Assembly: GCA_030018265.1 (NCBI GenBank)
Contig: JASEFX010000002.1
Location: 45,506 to 109,505 of the forward strand
Length of the DNA stretch: 64,000 nucleotides
Direction: 5' to 3'
Source: Candidatus Saccharicenans sp.
Lineage (GTDB): Bacteria > Acidobacteriota > Aminicenantia > Aminicenantales > Saccharicenantaceae
The position numbers were made by a program, and so were the translations under genes. The notes below the pieces were generated by a model, which was not told the DNA's origin, did no database searches, and saw only the letters and a list, made by a program, of their open reading frames with translations. Of the stretch, positions 19,949-28,771 are shown one piece after another; positions within the stretch are counted from its first letter, which is position 1, and every line of letters starts with the position of its first letter.

Positions 19949-22096
19949 ATGAGAAAGTGGGCCGTGGTTCTCATCATAATTTTTTGCCTGAGCATTCCTT
20001 TTTTCGCACATTCTTTTGCTCTTCCGGCTCAGCAGGAAGACGTGAGCCAGACTATTGCCGGGCACTGGGAAGGAGCCATTGAGCTGCCGGGAATGAAACT
20101 GGAAATCCACGTGGATTTTAAGCTGTCAGCAGAAAAAAAGCTCGAAGGCACGATATCGATCCCGATGCAAAAGGCCAGAGACTTGCCTCTCTCTGACTTC
20201 AGGCTTGAGGGCAGCGAAATCAGTTTTGCCATTTCGGGCGTGACGGGAAACCCCGTTTTCAAGGGAAAACTGGATGAAAGCGGAAAAAAGATCTCCGGCA
20301 CTTTCAGTCAGTCCGGACAGAGCTTCCCCTTTACCCTGAATCATGGAGAGGATCCGGTAGCTCGCGCCAGAAAAGCCCTCGAGGGTACCGATGAAATCAT
20401 CAACAAAGCGCTGGCTGATTTAAAGGTACCCGGTCTGGCCCTGGCGGTTATCAAAGATAAAGAAATCATCCTGCTGAAAGGATACGGTTATCGCGACCTG
20501 GAAAACAGGCTGCCGATGACTCCTGACACCCTCCTGGCCATCGGCTCGGCCAGTAAAGCCTTCACCACCTTCGCTCTCGCCCGTCTGGTGGATGAAGGGA
20601 AAATGAGCTGGGATAAACCGGTACGAACCTGCATCCCCTGGTTCCGGCTTTCCGACCCGCTGATCACCGAGAGAATAACCCCGCGCGACCTGGTTACTCA
20701 TCGCTCGGGTCTTCCCCGTCATGACCTGGTCTGGTACAACAATTACCAGATAAGCCGGGAAGAGCTCGTCCGACGTCTGGCCTATCTTCAATTCACGGCC
20801 GACCTGAGAGAAAAATTCCAGTACAACAACCTAATGTATCTTACCGCTGGCTATCTTCTGGAAACGCTGACCGGGAAAACCTGGGAACAGGCGATCAGAG
20901 AACTCGTTTTCGAACCGCTCCAGATGAAAAGGTCAAACTTTTCGGTGCTGGATTCTCAGAAAGACCAGGATTTTGCTCAGCCCTACGCTTATCGCCAGAA
21001 GAAACTGGAAAAAATCCCATTTCGCATCATAACCAACATGGGACCGGCCGGTTCCATCAATTCCTCTGTGCGGGAAATGAGTAACTGGGTGCTGGTCCAC
21101 CTGAACGAGGGAAAATTTGAGCAGAAACAGTTGCTTAACCCGGCAACGATGGGAGAGTTTCATCTTCCCTGCATGCCGATCGCCCAGACACCACTGACTG
21201 TTCACCTGAGCCCGGCCAGCTACGCGCCTGGCTGGTTTGTTGACCATTATCGAGGTCACCAGAGAGTTTATCATGGTGGAAATATCGACGGTTTCTCGGC
21301 TCTGGTCAGTATGCTCCCGAAGGATGGCTTCGGGTTTGTGGTTCTTACCAATCGTAACGGGACACCCCTGCCCGAACTACTTGTCCGGACTCTCACTGAC
21401 AGGCTCCTCGGACTGGAACCGGTCGACTGGATCGGTGAGGCTGCTCGCAACATGGCTAAGGGCGAAGAAGTGGAAGCTCAGGCGGAGCAGAAGGCGCAAA
21501 CTCGCCGGATTAAAGGCACCCGCCCGGCTCACCCGCTCGAAGAGTATGCCGGCACCTATTTTCATCCGGGTTATGGAGAGCTGAAAGTTATCCTCAAAGA
21601 TAAAAAGCTTTCATTTATCTACAACGGCATCACCACCCCGCTCGAACACTGGCATTATGAAACCTTTAACGGCCTGCGCGGGGACGATCCGACGTTTGAA
21701 AACATGAAGATCACCTTCGAAACCGATGCCAGCGGAATCGTGGCGGCACTGTCAGCGCCGTTCGAGCCGGCGGCCGACCCGATCAGATTCCAGAAAAAAC
21801 CGGACGAGAAATTTTATGACCCTGGCTTCCTGAAGAAATTTGTCGGCAAATACAGCCTTATCGAACAGGTAATCTCTGTGGATCTTAAAGGTGAGGTGCT
21901 GACCCTGGCTGTGCCCGGTCAACCGGTTTACGAGCTGGTTCCGGTGCCGGGAGACGAATTCACCCTGAAACAGGTTTCAGTTGTCAGAATAAAATTTATC
22001 GTCGACCAGAAAGGCGAAGCGGTAGCTCTGGAAGTTTCGCAGCCCGGCGGTGTGTTCGAATACAAACGACTGCCGGAATCAACCGGGAAAAAATAG
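19949..22096 (+). CDS. exported beta-lactamase-fold serine hydrolase (class C/PBP-like) with extra N- and C-terminal domains
   Basis: 715 aa with a signal peptide. It has the S-x-x-K motif (GSASKAF), Y-x-N (QYNNLMY), HGG (YHGGNIDGF) and a C-terminal YAGTYFHPGYGELKV segment typical of DUF3471-like tails. A strong SD (AAGGAGG) precedes the ATG. Confidence 0.8.
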   Translation: MRKWAVVLIIIFCLSIPFFAHSFALPAQQEDVSQTIAGHWEGAIELPGMKLEIHVDFKLSAEKKLEGTISIPMQKARDLPLSDFRLEGSEISFAISGVTGNPVFKGKLDESGKKISGTFSQSGQSFPFTLNHGEDPVARARKALEGTDEIINKALADLKVPGLALAVIKDKEIILLKGYGYRDLENRLPMTPDTLLAIGSASKAFTTFALARLVDEGKMSWDKPVRTCIPWFRLSDPLITERITPRDLVTHRSGLPRHDLVWYNNYQISREELVRRLAYLQFTADLREKFQYNNLMYLTAGYLLETLTGKTWEQAIRELVFEPLQMKRSNFSVLDSQKDQDFAQPYAYRQKKLEKIPFRIITNMGPAGSINSSVREMSNWVLVHLNEGKFEQKQLLNPATMGEFHLPCMPIAQTPLTVHLSPASYAPGWFVDHYRGHQRVYHGGNIDGFSALVSMLPKDGFGFVVLTNRNGTPLPELLVRTLTDRLLGLEPVDWIGEAARNMAKGEEVEAQAEQKAQTRRIKGTRPAHPLEEYAGTYFHPGYGELKVILKDKKLSFIYNGITTPLEHWHYETFNGLRGDDPTFENMKITFETDASGIVAALSAPFEPAADPIRFQKKPDEKFYDPGFLKKFVGKYSLIEQVISVDLKGEVLTLAVPGQPVYELVPVPGDEFTLKQVSVVRIKFIVDQKGEAVALEVSQPGGVFEYKRLPESTGKK

Positions 22097-22127
22097 AAAA
22101 CAACAGAATCAGCGGAATTTCAGCCTG

Positions 22128-24647
22128 TCAACCGGTGGCTGATTTGATCAGAGCCACAACTTCCTCCGGTGTCTTTGCCTGGCGCAGTGCTTCCCGGAAT
22201 TCTTCATGTATCAGCTTCCGGGAAAGCTTCGGAAGCAACTGAAGCTTTGGACGCACTTTATCCCCGTAAGGTATCGCCAGGCAGATGACCAGGTCCACCG
22301 GCTGTCCTTCCCTGGAGAGCCAGTCAACCGGATGCTGAAGTCTCATAACTCCGATGCTCGGGGTCCTGACCGTCGCTGATTGACAGTGCGGTATGGCCAG
22401 TCCGAACCCGATCTCGGTGGCTATGTCCAGTTCTCTTTTCCAGAGAGCCTGTTCAAAAACCGCCCGGCTGCCGACACGTCCGGACTGTTCAAAAACTATC
22501 GCCAGCTTTTGAATCACCTCAACCTTCGACCGGCAGTCAGCTCCGAGACTGACCAACCCGGGCTCGATGAGTTCCGGCAGAAATTGTTCCTGATAAAATT
22601 CCTCCAGAAGCTTTTCGTTTTCTTCAGCCGTGGCTGATTCCATCGCCCTTTCCACCAGCCTCTGACAATCTGACTGTTTCAGCCGGTTCAAAACCGATTT
22701 TACCTCGGGGATAAAAGCTGAACTCATGCTCAGCTCATCAAAACCAAGGCCGACAAAAACTGGCGTCAGGCGCGCATCTCCGGCCAGTTCGCCGCACAGC
22801 CCGACCCAGCGGCCGTGAGCATGAGCGTTATCTATGGCCATCTTAAGAAGCCTGAGAAAGGCCGGATTTAGCGGCTGATGGAAATACTTAACCTGCGGGT
22901 TGCCGCGGTCGGCGGCGAAAAAATACTGAACCAGGTCGTTCGAACCAACGCTGAAGAAATCAATCTCCCGGGCAAACTTATCCGCCAGCAGAGCCACTGA
23001 GGGTATTTCCAGCATAATGCCGATTTCCAGCGCCGGGTTGAAGGTCTGTCCTTCGCTTTCGAGTTCCGCAGCAAATTTTTTAACCTGTTCCTTGAGCCAG
23101 ATGACTTCTTCCACCAGCGCCACCATCGGAAACATCAGGCGTAGATTTCCGAAAGCAGCTGCCCTCAGGATGGCTCGCACCTGGCTTCGGAATAAATCAT
23201 AATATTCTTTATAAATCCTTATCCCGCGGTATCCGAGAAAAGGGTTGGGTTCTTCCGGCAGCTTAACTGAAGGAATTGGTTTGTCACCTCCGATGTCAAA
23301 CGTGCGGATGATGATCGGCCTTCCTTCAGCCTCTTCAGCCACTTTTCTGTAAAGAACAAACTGATCTTCTTCAGCCGGAAGTGTGGCTTTTCCGTACAGC
23401 AGCAGCTCTGTCCTGAATATTCCGACCGCCTCAGCCCCGTCATCCCAGGCTTTTTTCAGCTCTTCCGGATGCCCGATGTTAGCGGCAACCTCAATCTTCT
23501 TCCCATCGGCGGTGACGCCCGGCAGAGAAGCCTTTTTCTGGCGGATCTGCTGAAGAGCCCTCTCAGCCTCAACTTCTCTACGGTAATAATTTTGAGTTTC
23601 TTCGCCCGGAGAAACCACCACCACTCCCCGGTTTCCGTCAATTATTACTTCTTCTCCTGTGCTGATAAGCCGACCGGCTTCGCACACGCCGGTTACAGCT
23701 GGAATTCCCCGTCCCCGGGCCATGATCAGAGTATGAGAGGTCTGGCCGGCCTTTTCCAGAACGAGCCCCAGAAGTTGACCCGGACGATAGCTGAGAAATT
23801 CAGAGGGCAGCAGGTCCTCAGCCACCAGTATAAATTGTTCCGGCCATTCAGAGGGTTCCCCGGACTTTACTCTTACACCCATTTTCTCCAGCCACCTCAA
23901 CGCCAGATCCTGCAGATCGGCCACCCTTTCTCTTATCAACTGGGTTCTGGTCTGAAGGAGCTGCTGGCTGAATTCTTCCACCGCCCGGACAACGGCGGAC
24001 TCGGCCTTCGCATTTTCCTTTCTTATCAGTTCTTCCACCCGGCTGAGGAGCGCCGCATCTGAAGAAAGAGAAAGATGGGCTTTGAGAATATTCTTCTCCG
24101 CTCCTTCTTTCTCGCTGATCTCTTTCTGGAGTTCCTCCCGCAAAACTTCAAGCGCTCTCTTTAATCTGGAAATTTCTTCTCCGGGCTCCCCGGCAATCCC
24201 CTCCCGGCCGGAAATCAATTTGGCGAGAGCCGGCTTCCGGCGAGCGTGGATTACCTTCCCCGCAGCTATGCCCGGGGAGGACGGGTACCCGACGAAAAAG
24301 ACTTCTTTTTGAAGCCGCAGGATTTCAGGAATGATGGCCTCTCCCTCCGGCTCCAGACGCAGAGCTTTTTCTTCCCTGACTGGCAGCTCTTCAAGCAGGA
24401 ACGACTGAAATTCCGCCGCAAACTCTTTTTCTCCGTGACCTTTCACCACCACCCGGCAGAGGTCTCCCTGGCGCGTGTCGGTCGTCAGCAGGGAAATGGC
24501 GCTCCGACCTTCAGCCCTTTTTCCGGTTCTCAGGTTCTCCCACACAATTTCTCCAGGAAAACTCTCACACTTCTCCTGGATGAAACTGGCCGGGCGGGCG
24601 TGAAGTCCCAGAGGCAGAGGAAATTCAAAGGTGAATTCAACCGCCAA
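22128..24647 (-). CDS. PTS multiphosphoryl transfer protein: HPr - Enzyme I - EIIA(fructose/mannitol type) fusion
   Basis: 839 aa. It has an N-terminal HPr motif (GLHARPAS), the EI active-site region GQTSHTLIMARGRGIPAV with a PEP-utilising C-domain, and a C-terminal EIIA-2 motif (GFGLAIPHCQS). The TTG start overlaps the IIB stop by 11 nt. Confidence 0.85.
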   Translation of the reverse strand: MAVEFTFEFPLPLGLHARPASFIQEKCESFPGEIVWENLRTGKRAEGRSAISLLTTDTRQGDLCRVVVKGHGEKEFAAEFQSFLLEELPVREEKALRLEPEGEAIIPEILRLQKEVFFVGYPSSPGIAAGKVIHARRKPALAKLISGREGIAGEPGEEISRLKRALEVLREELQKEISEKEGAEKNILKAHLSLSSDAALLSRVEELIRKENAKAESAVVRAVEEFSQQLLQTRTQLIRERVADLQDLALRWLEKMGVRVKSGEPSEWPEQFILVAEDLLPSEFLSYRPGQLLGLVLEKAGQTSHTLIMARGRGIPAVTGVCEAGRLISTGEEVIIDGNRGVVVVSPGEETQNYYRREVEAERALQQIRQKKASLPGVTADGKKIEVAANIGHPEELKKAWDDGAEAVGIFRTELLLYGKATLPAEEDQFVLYRKVAEEAEGRPIIIRTFDIGGDKPIPSVKLPEEPNPFLGYRGIRIYKEYYDLFRSQVRAILRAAAFGNLRLMFPMVALVEEVIWLKEQVKKFAAELESEGQTFNPALEIGIMLEIPSVALLADKFAREIDFFSVGSNDLVQYFFAADRGNPQVKYFHQPLNPAFLRLLKMAIDNAHAHGRWVGLCGELAGDARLTPVFVGLGFDELSMSSAFIPEVKSVLNRLKQSDCQRLVERAMESATAEENEKLLEEFYQEQFLPELIEPGLVSLGADCRSKVEVIQKLAIVFEQSGRVGSRAVFEQALWKRELDIATEIGFGLAIPHCQSATVRTPSIGVMRLQHPVDWLSREGQPVDLVICLAIPYGDKVRPKLQLLPKLSRKLIHEEFREALRQAKTPEEVVALIKSATG

Positions 24648-24948
24648 TTTCTTCCCTTATTTTCTGAAGTATTCCGTCAGCGTTTTTAATCGCTTCCTGA
24701 ACGGAAAATTCGAAGATTTTCTTACCCTCAAACCTTTCGGGTTTTTGAACGGTGATGCCGACAGCAAAAATAACGGCGTCTGCCCGGTTGATCTCTTCCT
24801 GCTCCAGCTCGTTTTCTATGCCCATTGCGCCCTGAGTTTCCACTTTAATCGAATAACCCATCTTCTTCGCCGCTCGCTCCAGCTGTTCGGCTGCCATGTA
24901 GGTATGAGCGATTCCTGTGGGACAGGCAGTTACAGCCACCAGTTTCAT
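24637..24948 (-). CDS. PTS fructose-family EIIB component
   Basis: 103 aa with VAVTACPTGIAHTYMAAE, the active-site Cys loop of fructose-type IIB. Confidence 0.85.
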   Translation of the reverse strand: MKLVAVTACPTGIAHTYMAAEQLERAAKKMGYSIKVETQGAMGIENELEQEEINRADAVIFAVGITVQKPERFEGKKIFEFSVQEAIKNADGILQKIREEIGG

Positions 24949-25056
24949 CTGAACCTCCGGCTAAAAGAATTTTAAGGGATTATTTTATCACTTCTCTGCC
25001 GGTTGAAAATATCCCCGGAAATTTCTGTTCAGGGAAAACTGAACTGAAGGCCGGGC

Positions 25057-26118
25057 TCAGGACTTCGAGACTTCTTCTTTTTTCCTGCTTCTTGCCCGGA
25101 TTATATTCATCACCACAGCCACAAACAGCGTCCCGGCGATTATTGAAACGACATACATAAATCTGTTGTCGACCACAGGGAGAACGATCGGACCTCCGTG
25201 GGGAGCATGGTCGCCCACACCGCTCAGCATGGCAATCACCGAACCGACGCTGGACCCGGCCATGATCACCGGGATAACCCGGAAGGGGTCAGCCGCGGCA
25301 AAAGGAATGGCCCCTTCTGTGATTCCTATGGCTCCCATGGCCAGGGCGGCCATGCCCGCATCTCTCTCCTGTTCGCTCCAGAGCTTCCTGTTAAGAAGAG
25401 TGGCGAGACCCAGCCCCAGGGGCGGTATGCAGATGGCTGAGGCGCAGGCCCCCATGATGTAATAATTGCCCTGTTGAATCATGGCTGCGCCGAAAAAGAA
25501 AGCCACTTTGTTGACCGGCCCGCCCATATCGAAGGCGATCATCGAACCCAGAATGATGGCTAAGATAATTTTGTTGCCGGTCCCCATCACCTCGAGCCAG
25601 CGGGTGATGCTCATCATCAGGTCATGAATCGGAGCCCCGATAACTTTATACATGAAAAAGCCTATCATCAGCGAGGAAATTACCGGATAAACCAGGATCG
25701 GCATAACCGGACGGATATAAGGGGGAACCTTTATTTTTTTAAGATAAAAAACCAGAAAACCGGCGAGAAGACCTGAAATAAGTCCGCCCAAAAAACCGGC
25801 TCCTACTTGATTGGCTATGTATCCGCCGACAAACCCGGGAACCAGGCCGGGACGGTCGGCTATGCCGAAGGCGATATAGCCGGAAAGAACCGGAATCAGC
25901 AGTGAAAATGCCGCCACCCCGATGTCGTTAATCAGCTTGAGAAAAGGCGCCCGGCTGAAATCCGGTCCCTGGGCGGTCATCGGAGCAAAGGCGATCGATA
26001 TGGCAATTAAAATTCCGCCCGAAGCCACAAAGGGAATAGCATAAGAAACGCCTGACAGAAGATATTGCTTGAATTTACTGACTTTCATCTTATCCTTCTC
26101 ACACTTAATTTTTGTCAA
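25057..26118 (-). CDS. PTS fructose-family EIIC permease
   Basis: 353-aa polytopic protein with Gly-rich EIIC segments (GFVGGYIANQVGAGFLGG, AIGITEGAIPFAA). Confidence 0.85.
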   Translation of the reverse strand: MTKIKCEKDKMKVSKFKQYLLSGVSYAIPFVASGGILIAISIAFAPMTAQGPDFSRAPFLKLINDIGVAAFSLLIPVLSGYIAFGIADRPGLVPGFVGGYIANQVGAGFLGGLISGLLAGFLVFYLKKIKVPPYIRPVMPILVYPVISSLMIGFFMYKVIGAPIHDLMMSITRWLEVMGTGNKIILAIILGSMIAFDMGGPVNKVAFFFGAAMIQQGNYYIMGACASAICIPPLGLGLATLLNRKLWSEQERDAGMAALAMGAIGITEGAIPFAAADPFRVIPVIMAGSSVGSVIAMLSGVGDHAPHGGPIVLPVVDNRFMYVVSIIAGTLFVAVVMNIIRARSRKKEEVSKS

Positions 26119-26368
26119 TTATAAAAAAAGGGGGCAGTATTTACAATCGGACCACAGGAACGCTTATCTCTTGAAGGCTAAGATGACCTGGTAGCGGGAA
26201 AGGCTTCCGGCGGCCAGCCTTCCCCGCTTTTTTCCGCATCATCGTCGATCTACAGCCGTTTATTCCTGGTGCCGGGGCAAATAATAAAAACTTCGCTTAA
26301 ATTCTAACTGATCACCGCAAGCCAAGGTGAAAGATTATCTATTTCCTGAAAAAAACCCGAAGATAAAT

Positions 26369-26402
26369 AAAAACCCCCGGAGGCTCAAAGGTCCAGCCGG
26401 GG
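26369..26402 (-). terminator. candidate Rho-independent terminator downstream of the TonB-like gene
   Basis: The minus-strand RNA reads CCCCGG-(16 nt)-CCGGGG followed by GUUUUUAUUU, about 20 nt after the TAG at 26424. The loop is large, so this is only moderately convincing. Confidence 0.4.
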
Positions 26403-26423
26403 ACAAAAACCAGGAGACTCGAT

Positions 26424-27149
26424 CTATTTCTGCAGTTTGAAGACGACCGTTACGCTGAAAATCACAGAGCGCGGACGTCCGTTGATGATCATTGGCTCAT
26501 AAACCCACTGCTTCACCGCTTCAATGGCCGCTTCTTCCAGGAAAGGTTCAGAGCGAAGCACCCGGACGCTCTGGACACGCCCGAAGATATCGGTGGCGGC
26601 TTCGAGTATCACTATCCCCTCTTTTCTGATCTGCCGGGCGATTTCAGGATAGACAGGCTCTACCCGGCGAATAAGACGGGGAGGTTAGATTTCACCGATG
26701 GCCCGAACAGACTCTTCTTCTTTTTCCACCGGTAGATTAATTAACCTTTCCAGTTCCTTGCTGAACACCGGTTGTTCTCCCTCTTATTCAATACTCCGGG
26801 GAACGCCAAAGCCGGGACCGTAACCGCTAAGGCCATCTTCCGGAATTTCTTCTGGAATATCGACCGGCGCGACCAGCACCCCGGGAGCCACGGCTGGTTG
26901 CTGCTTAATCGGCGCTCTTTTTCCGGCGCCTTTCCCGCTGCCTTTTGGTGGTGGAGGAGGAGGTGGAGGCGGCACCGGAGCCAGAAAAGCGCTGTAGACC
27001 TGAACCGGCGGCAGGTTCCCCGGATTCATCAAAGGCACCCCGATTAAAAGCGCCCCGGCCAGAAGATAGATAAAAATCGACAGCGGCAGAGCCAGGAGGA
27101 TCAGCTTGAAATTTTTCCGGGTGATAAAAAAAGTGTCGCCAAAAATCAC
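26424..27149 (-). pseudogene. tonB: TonB-like energy transducer interrupted by two in-frame TAA codons
   Basis: The N-terminal ORF (26784..27149) has a TM anchor and a P10 run. The C-terminal ORF (26424..26612) is a TonB C-domain. Both are in the same frame, and the intervening 168 nt also translate in that frame to ...GEI-TAA-PPRLIRRVEPVYPEIARQIRKEGI. The TAA codons are at 26786..26784 and 26687..26685. Confidence 0.8.
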
Positions 27150-27640
27150 GGGCAGGCGAACTTTTTGCTGCTCATTTTCTCTCGCTACCCTTAGCTCTTT
27201 GACCTGCGCGGCGATTCTGGCAGCCGGCTTCTCCTTAAAATTCTTATTTCACCTGACCCTTTTACCTTTGAGAATGGCCATAATCTTTTTCATCGCTCAC
27301 ACCCTGTTCCCACCCGGATAATAGCAACTTCTGTGCCAGCTTCTAAGATAGAAGACCAGGAGATGAGAACTGCTTTTTTAGATAAGAAGATTATCAGCTC
27401 CCTCTCACATCTTCTATTCAGAACGGATTTATACAAAAATTTTTTTAACAAAAGTAATTTTACTTTGACCATCTAATGAAAAATTGCCTCTTACCTGAGG
27501 CAGGCGGCAATCGTCCTCCCTTGCGAGGAAGAAACAGAAAATGGAAACTCAAAAAGTCCGGCTCGCACGATTTTTTGTCAGAAAATTATTTTTTATGCCC
27601 TCTTTCAGTATTAAATTTTTTTAATCGCCCGATCTCCTTA

Positions 27641-27669
27641 TTGCCAGCTCGACCGAATTGTGCTAAATT
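27641..27669 (+). promoter_or_regulatory. candidate sigma70 promoter for carAB
   Basis: TTGCCA-N17-TAAATT, about 20 nt upstream of the GGAGG/ATG at 27683-27690. Coordinates were hand-derived (+/-1). Confidence 0.4.
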
Positions 27670-27796
27670 CTGAAAAATTTCTGGAGGATGAAGCACGAAG
27701 TACGGAGCGCTGGTCCTCAGGGACGGAACCGTCTTTGAGGGCAAAGGATTTGGAGCCTGCGGTCGCACCTGGGGGGAAGTCGTTTTTAATACCGGA

Positions 27797-28771
27797 ATGG
27801 TCGGGTATGTCGAAGCCCTGACCGACCCTTCTTACCACGGACAGATTCTGGTCCAGTCCTTTCCGCTAATCGGTAACTATGGCGTTAATCCTGAAGATTT
27901 TGAATCAGAGCGCCCGCAGGTTAAGGGTTACGTGGTTTCAGATTACACAGAATATCCCTCGCATCATTCTTCACGGAAAAGCCTGCGTCGCTGGCTCGAA
28001 GAACACCGCATCCCGGGGCTTTATGATATCGACACCAGAGCGCTGGTTAAAAGGCTGAGGCATTACGGGGTTATTCCCGGTGTTTTAGTGGTCTCGGAAA
28101 AACCCGTAAGAATCAAACCACTGATAAAAGAAGCCAGAAGTTTGCCGGACCCGAACGCTCAAAACCTGGTAGCTGAAGTCTCCACGCGCGATATCCACAT
28201 ATACAATCCCGAAGGCCGGAAAAGAGTGGTGCTCATTGACTGCGGTGTGAAGCGGGGGATCATTCGCAGCTTAATCTCACGGGGGGTTTCGATGGTCAGG
28301 GTGCCGGATGACTACCCCGCGGAAAAAATTCTGGAGTTCAACCCCGATGGTCTGGTCATTTCCAACGGACCTGGCGATCCAGCACAATGCCGGGCGGTTC
28401 CGACCGTTATCGCTCTTCTGAAGCAAAACCTGCCGATACTGGGTATCTGCCTCGGCCATCAGATTTTAGCCTTAGCCGCCGGCGCCAGGACCTTCAAGCT
28501 GAAATTTGGCCATCGATCCCAGAACCAGCCCTGTCTGGAAGAAGGAACCCGGCGCTGCTACCTCACCAGCCAGAATCACGGTTATGCCGTAGATGCCGGC
28601 ACGCTTCCTTCTGACTGGTCAATCTGGTTTACAAATGCCAACGACGGAACGAATGAAGGACTGAGGCATAAAAAGAGACCCATCCTTGGAGTTCAGTTTC
28701 ACCCGGAAGCTTCCCCGGGACCGACCGACACTGAATTTATCTTCGACCTCTTTCTGGAGCAGCTCCGATGA
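27797..28771 (+). CDS. carA: carbamoyl-phosphate synthase small (glutaminase) subunit
   Basis: It has the GICLGHQ catalytic Cys and a QFHPEASPGP His region. The coordinates start at the first in-frame ATG. The conserved CarA N-terminus (YGALVLRDGTVFEGKGFGACGRTWGEVVFNTG) continues upstream in frame to 27701, and no ATG/GTG/TTG occurs after the TGA at 27689 (see findings). Confidence 0.9.
   Translation: MVGYVEALTDPSYHGQILVQSFPLIGNYGVNPEDFESERPQVKGYVVSDYTEYPSHHSSRKSLRRWLEEHRIPGLYDIDTRALVKRLRHYGVIPGVLVVSEKPVRIKPLIKEARSLPDPNAQNLVAEVSTRDIHIYNPEGRKRVVLIDCGVKRGIIRSLISRGVSMVRVPDDYPAEKILEFNPDGLVISNGPGDPAQCRAVPTVIALLKQNLPILGICLGHQILALAAGARTFKLKFGHRSQNQPCLEEGTRRCYLTSQNHGYAVDAGTLPSDWSIWFTNANDGTNEGLRHKKRPILGVQFHPEASPGPTDTEFIFDLFLEQLR

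Noticed and set aside
26196-26233. A plus-strand terminator-like hairpin (GGAAAGGCT...AGCCTTCC followed by T6) lies in the spacer upstream of the PTS operon and might mark a small RNA.
   Set aside because: The stem needs a bulge. No convincing plus-strand promoter lies upstream (the best -35/-10 pair has a ~20-nt spacer), and no plus-strand gene ends nearby. It could equally be leader structure of the minus-strand PTS transcript.
27150-27293. Possible further 5' extension of the TonB-like gene. An ATG at 27293 (MKKIMAILKGKRVR) is in the same frame and is separated from the TonB ORF by a TGA.
   Set aside because: The same frame is expected by chance one time in three. The extra residues have no TonB-like features, and the GTG at 27149 already precedes the TM anchor at a normal distance. 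This is not enough evidence for a third in-frame stop.
27545-27575. AAAAGTCCGGCTCGCAC resembles the conserved GAAAGUCCGGGCUC core of RNase P RNA.
   Set aside because: Only about 13 nt match, with one G missing. The surrounding 400 nt are AT-rich and show none of the other conserved RNase P helices or motifs.
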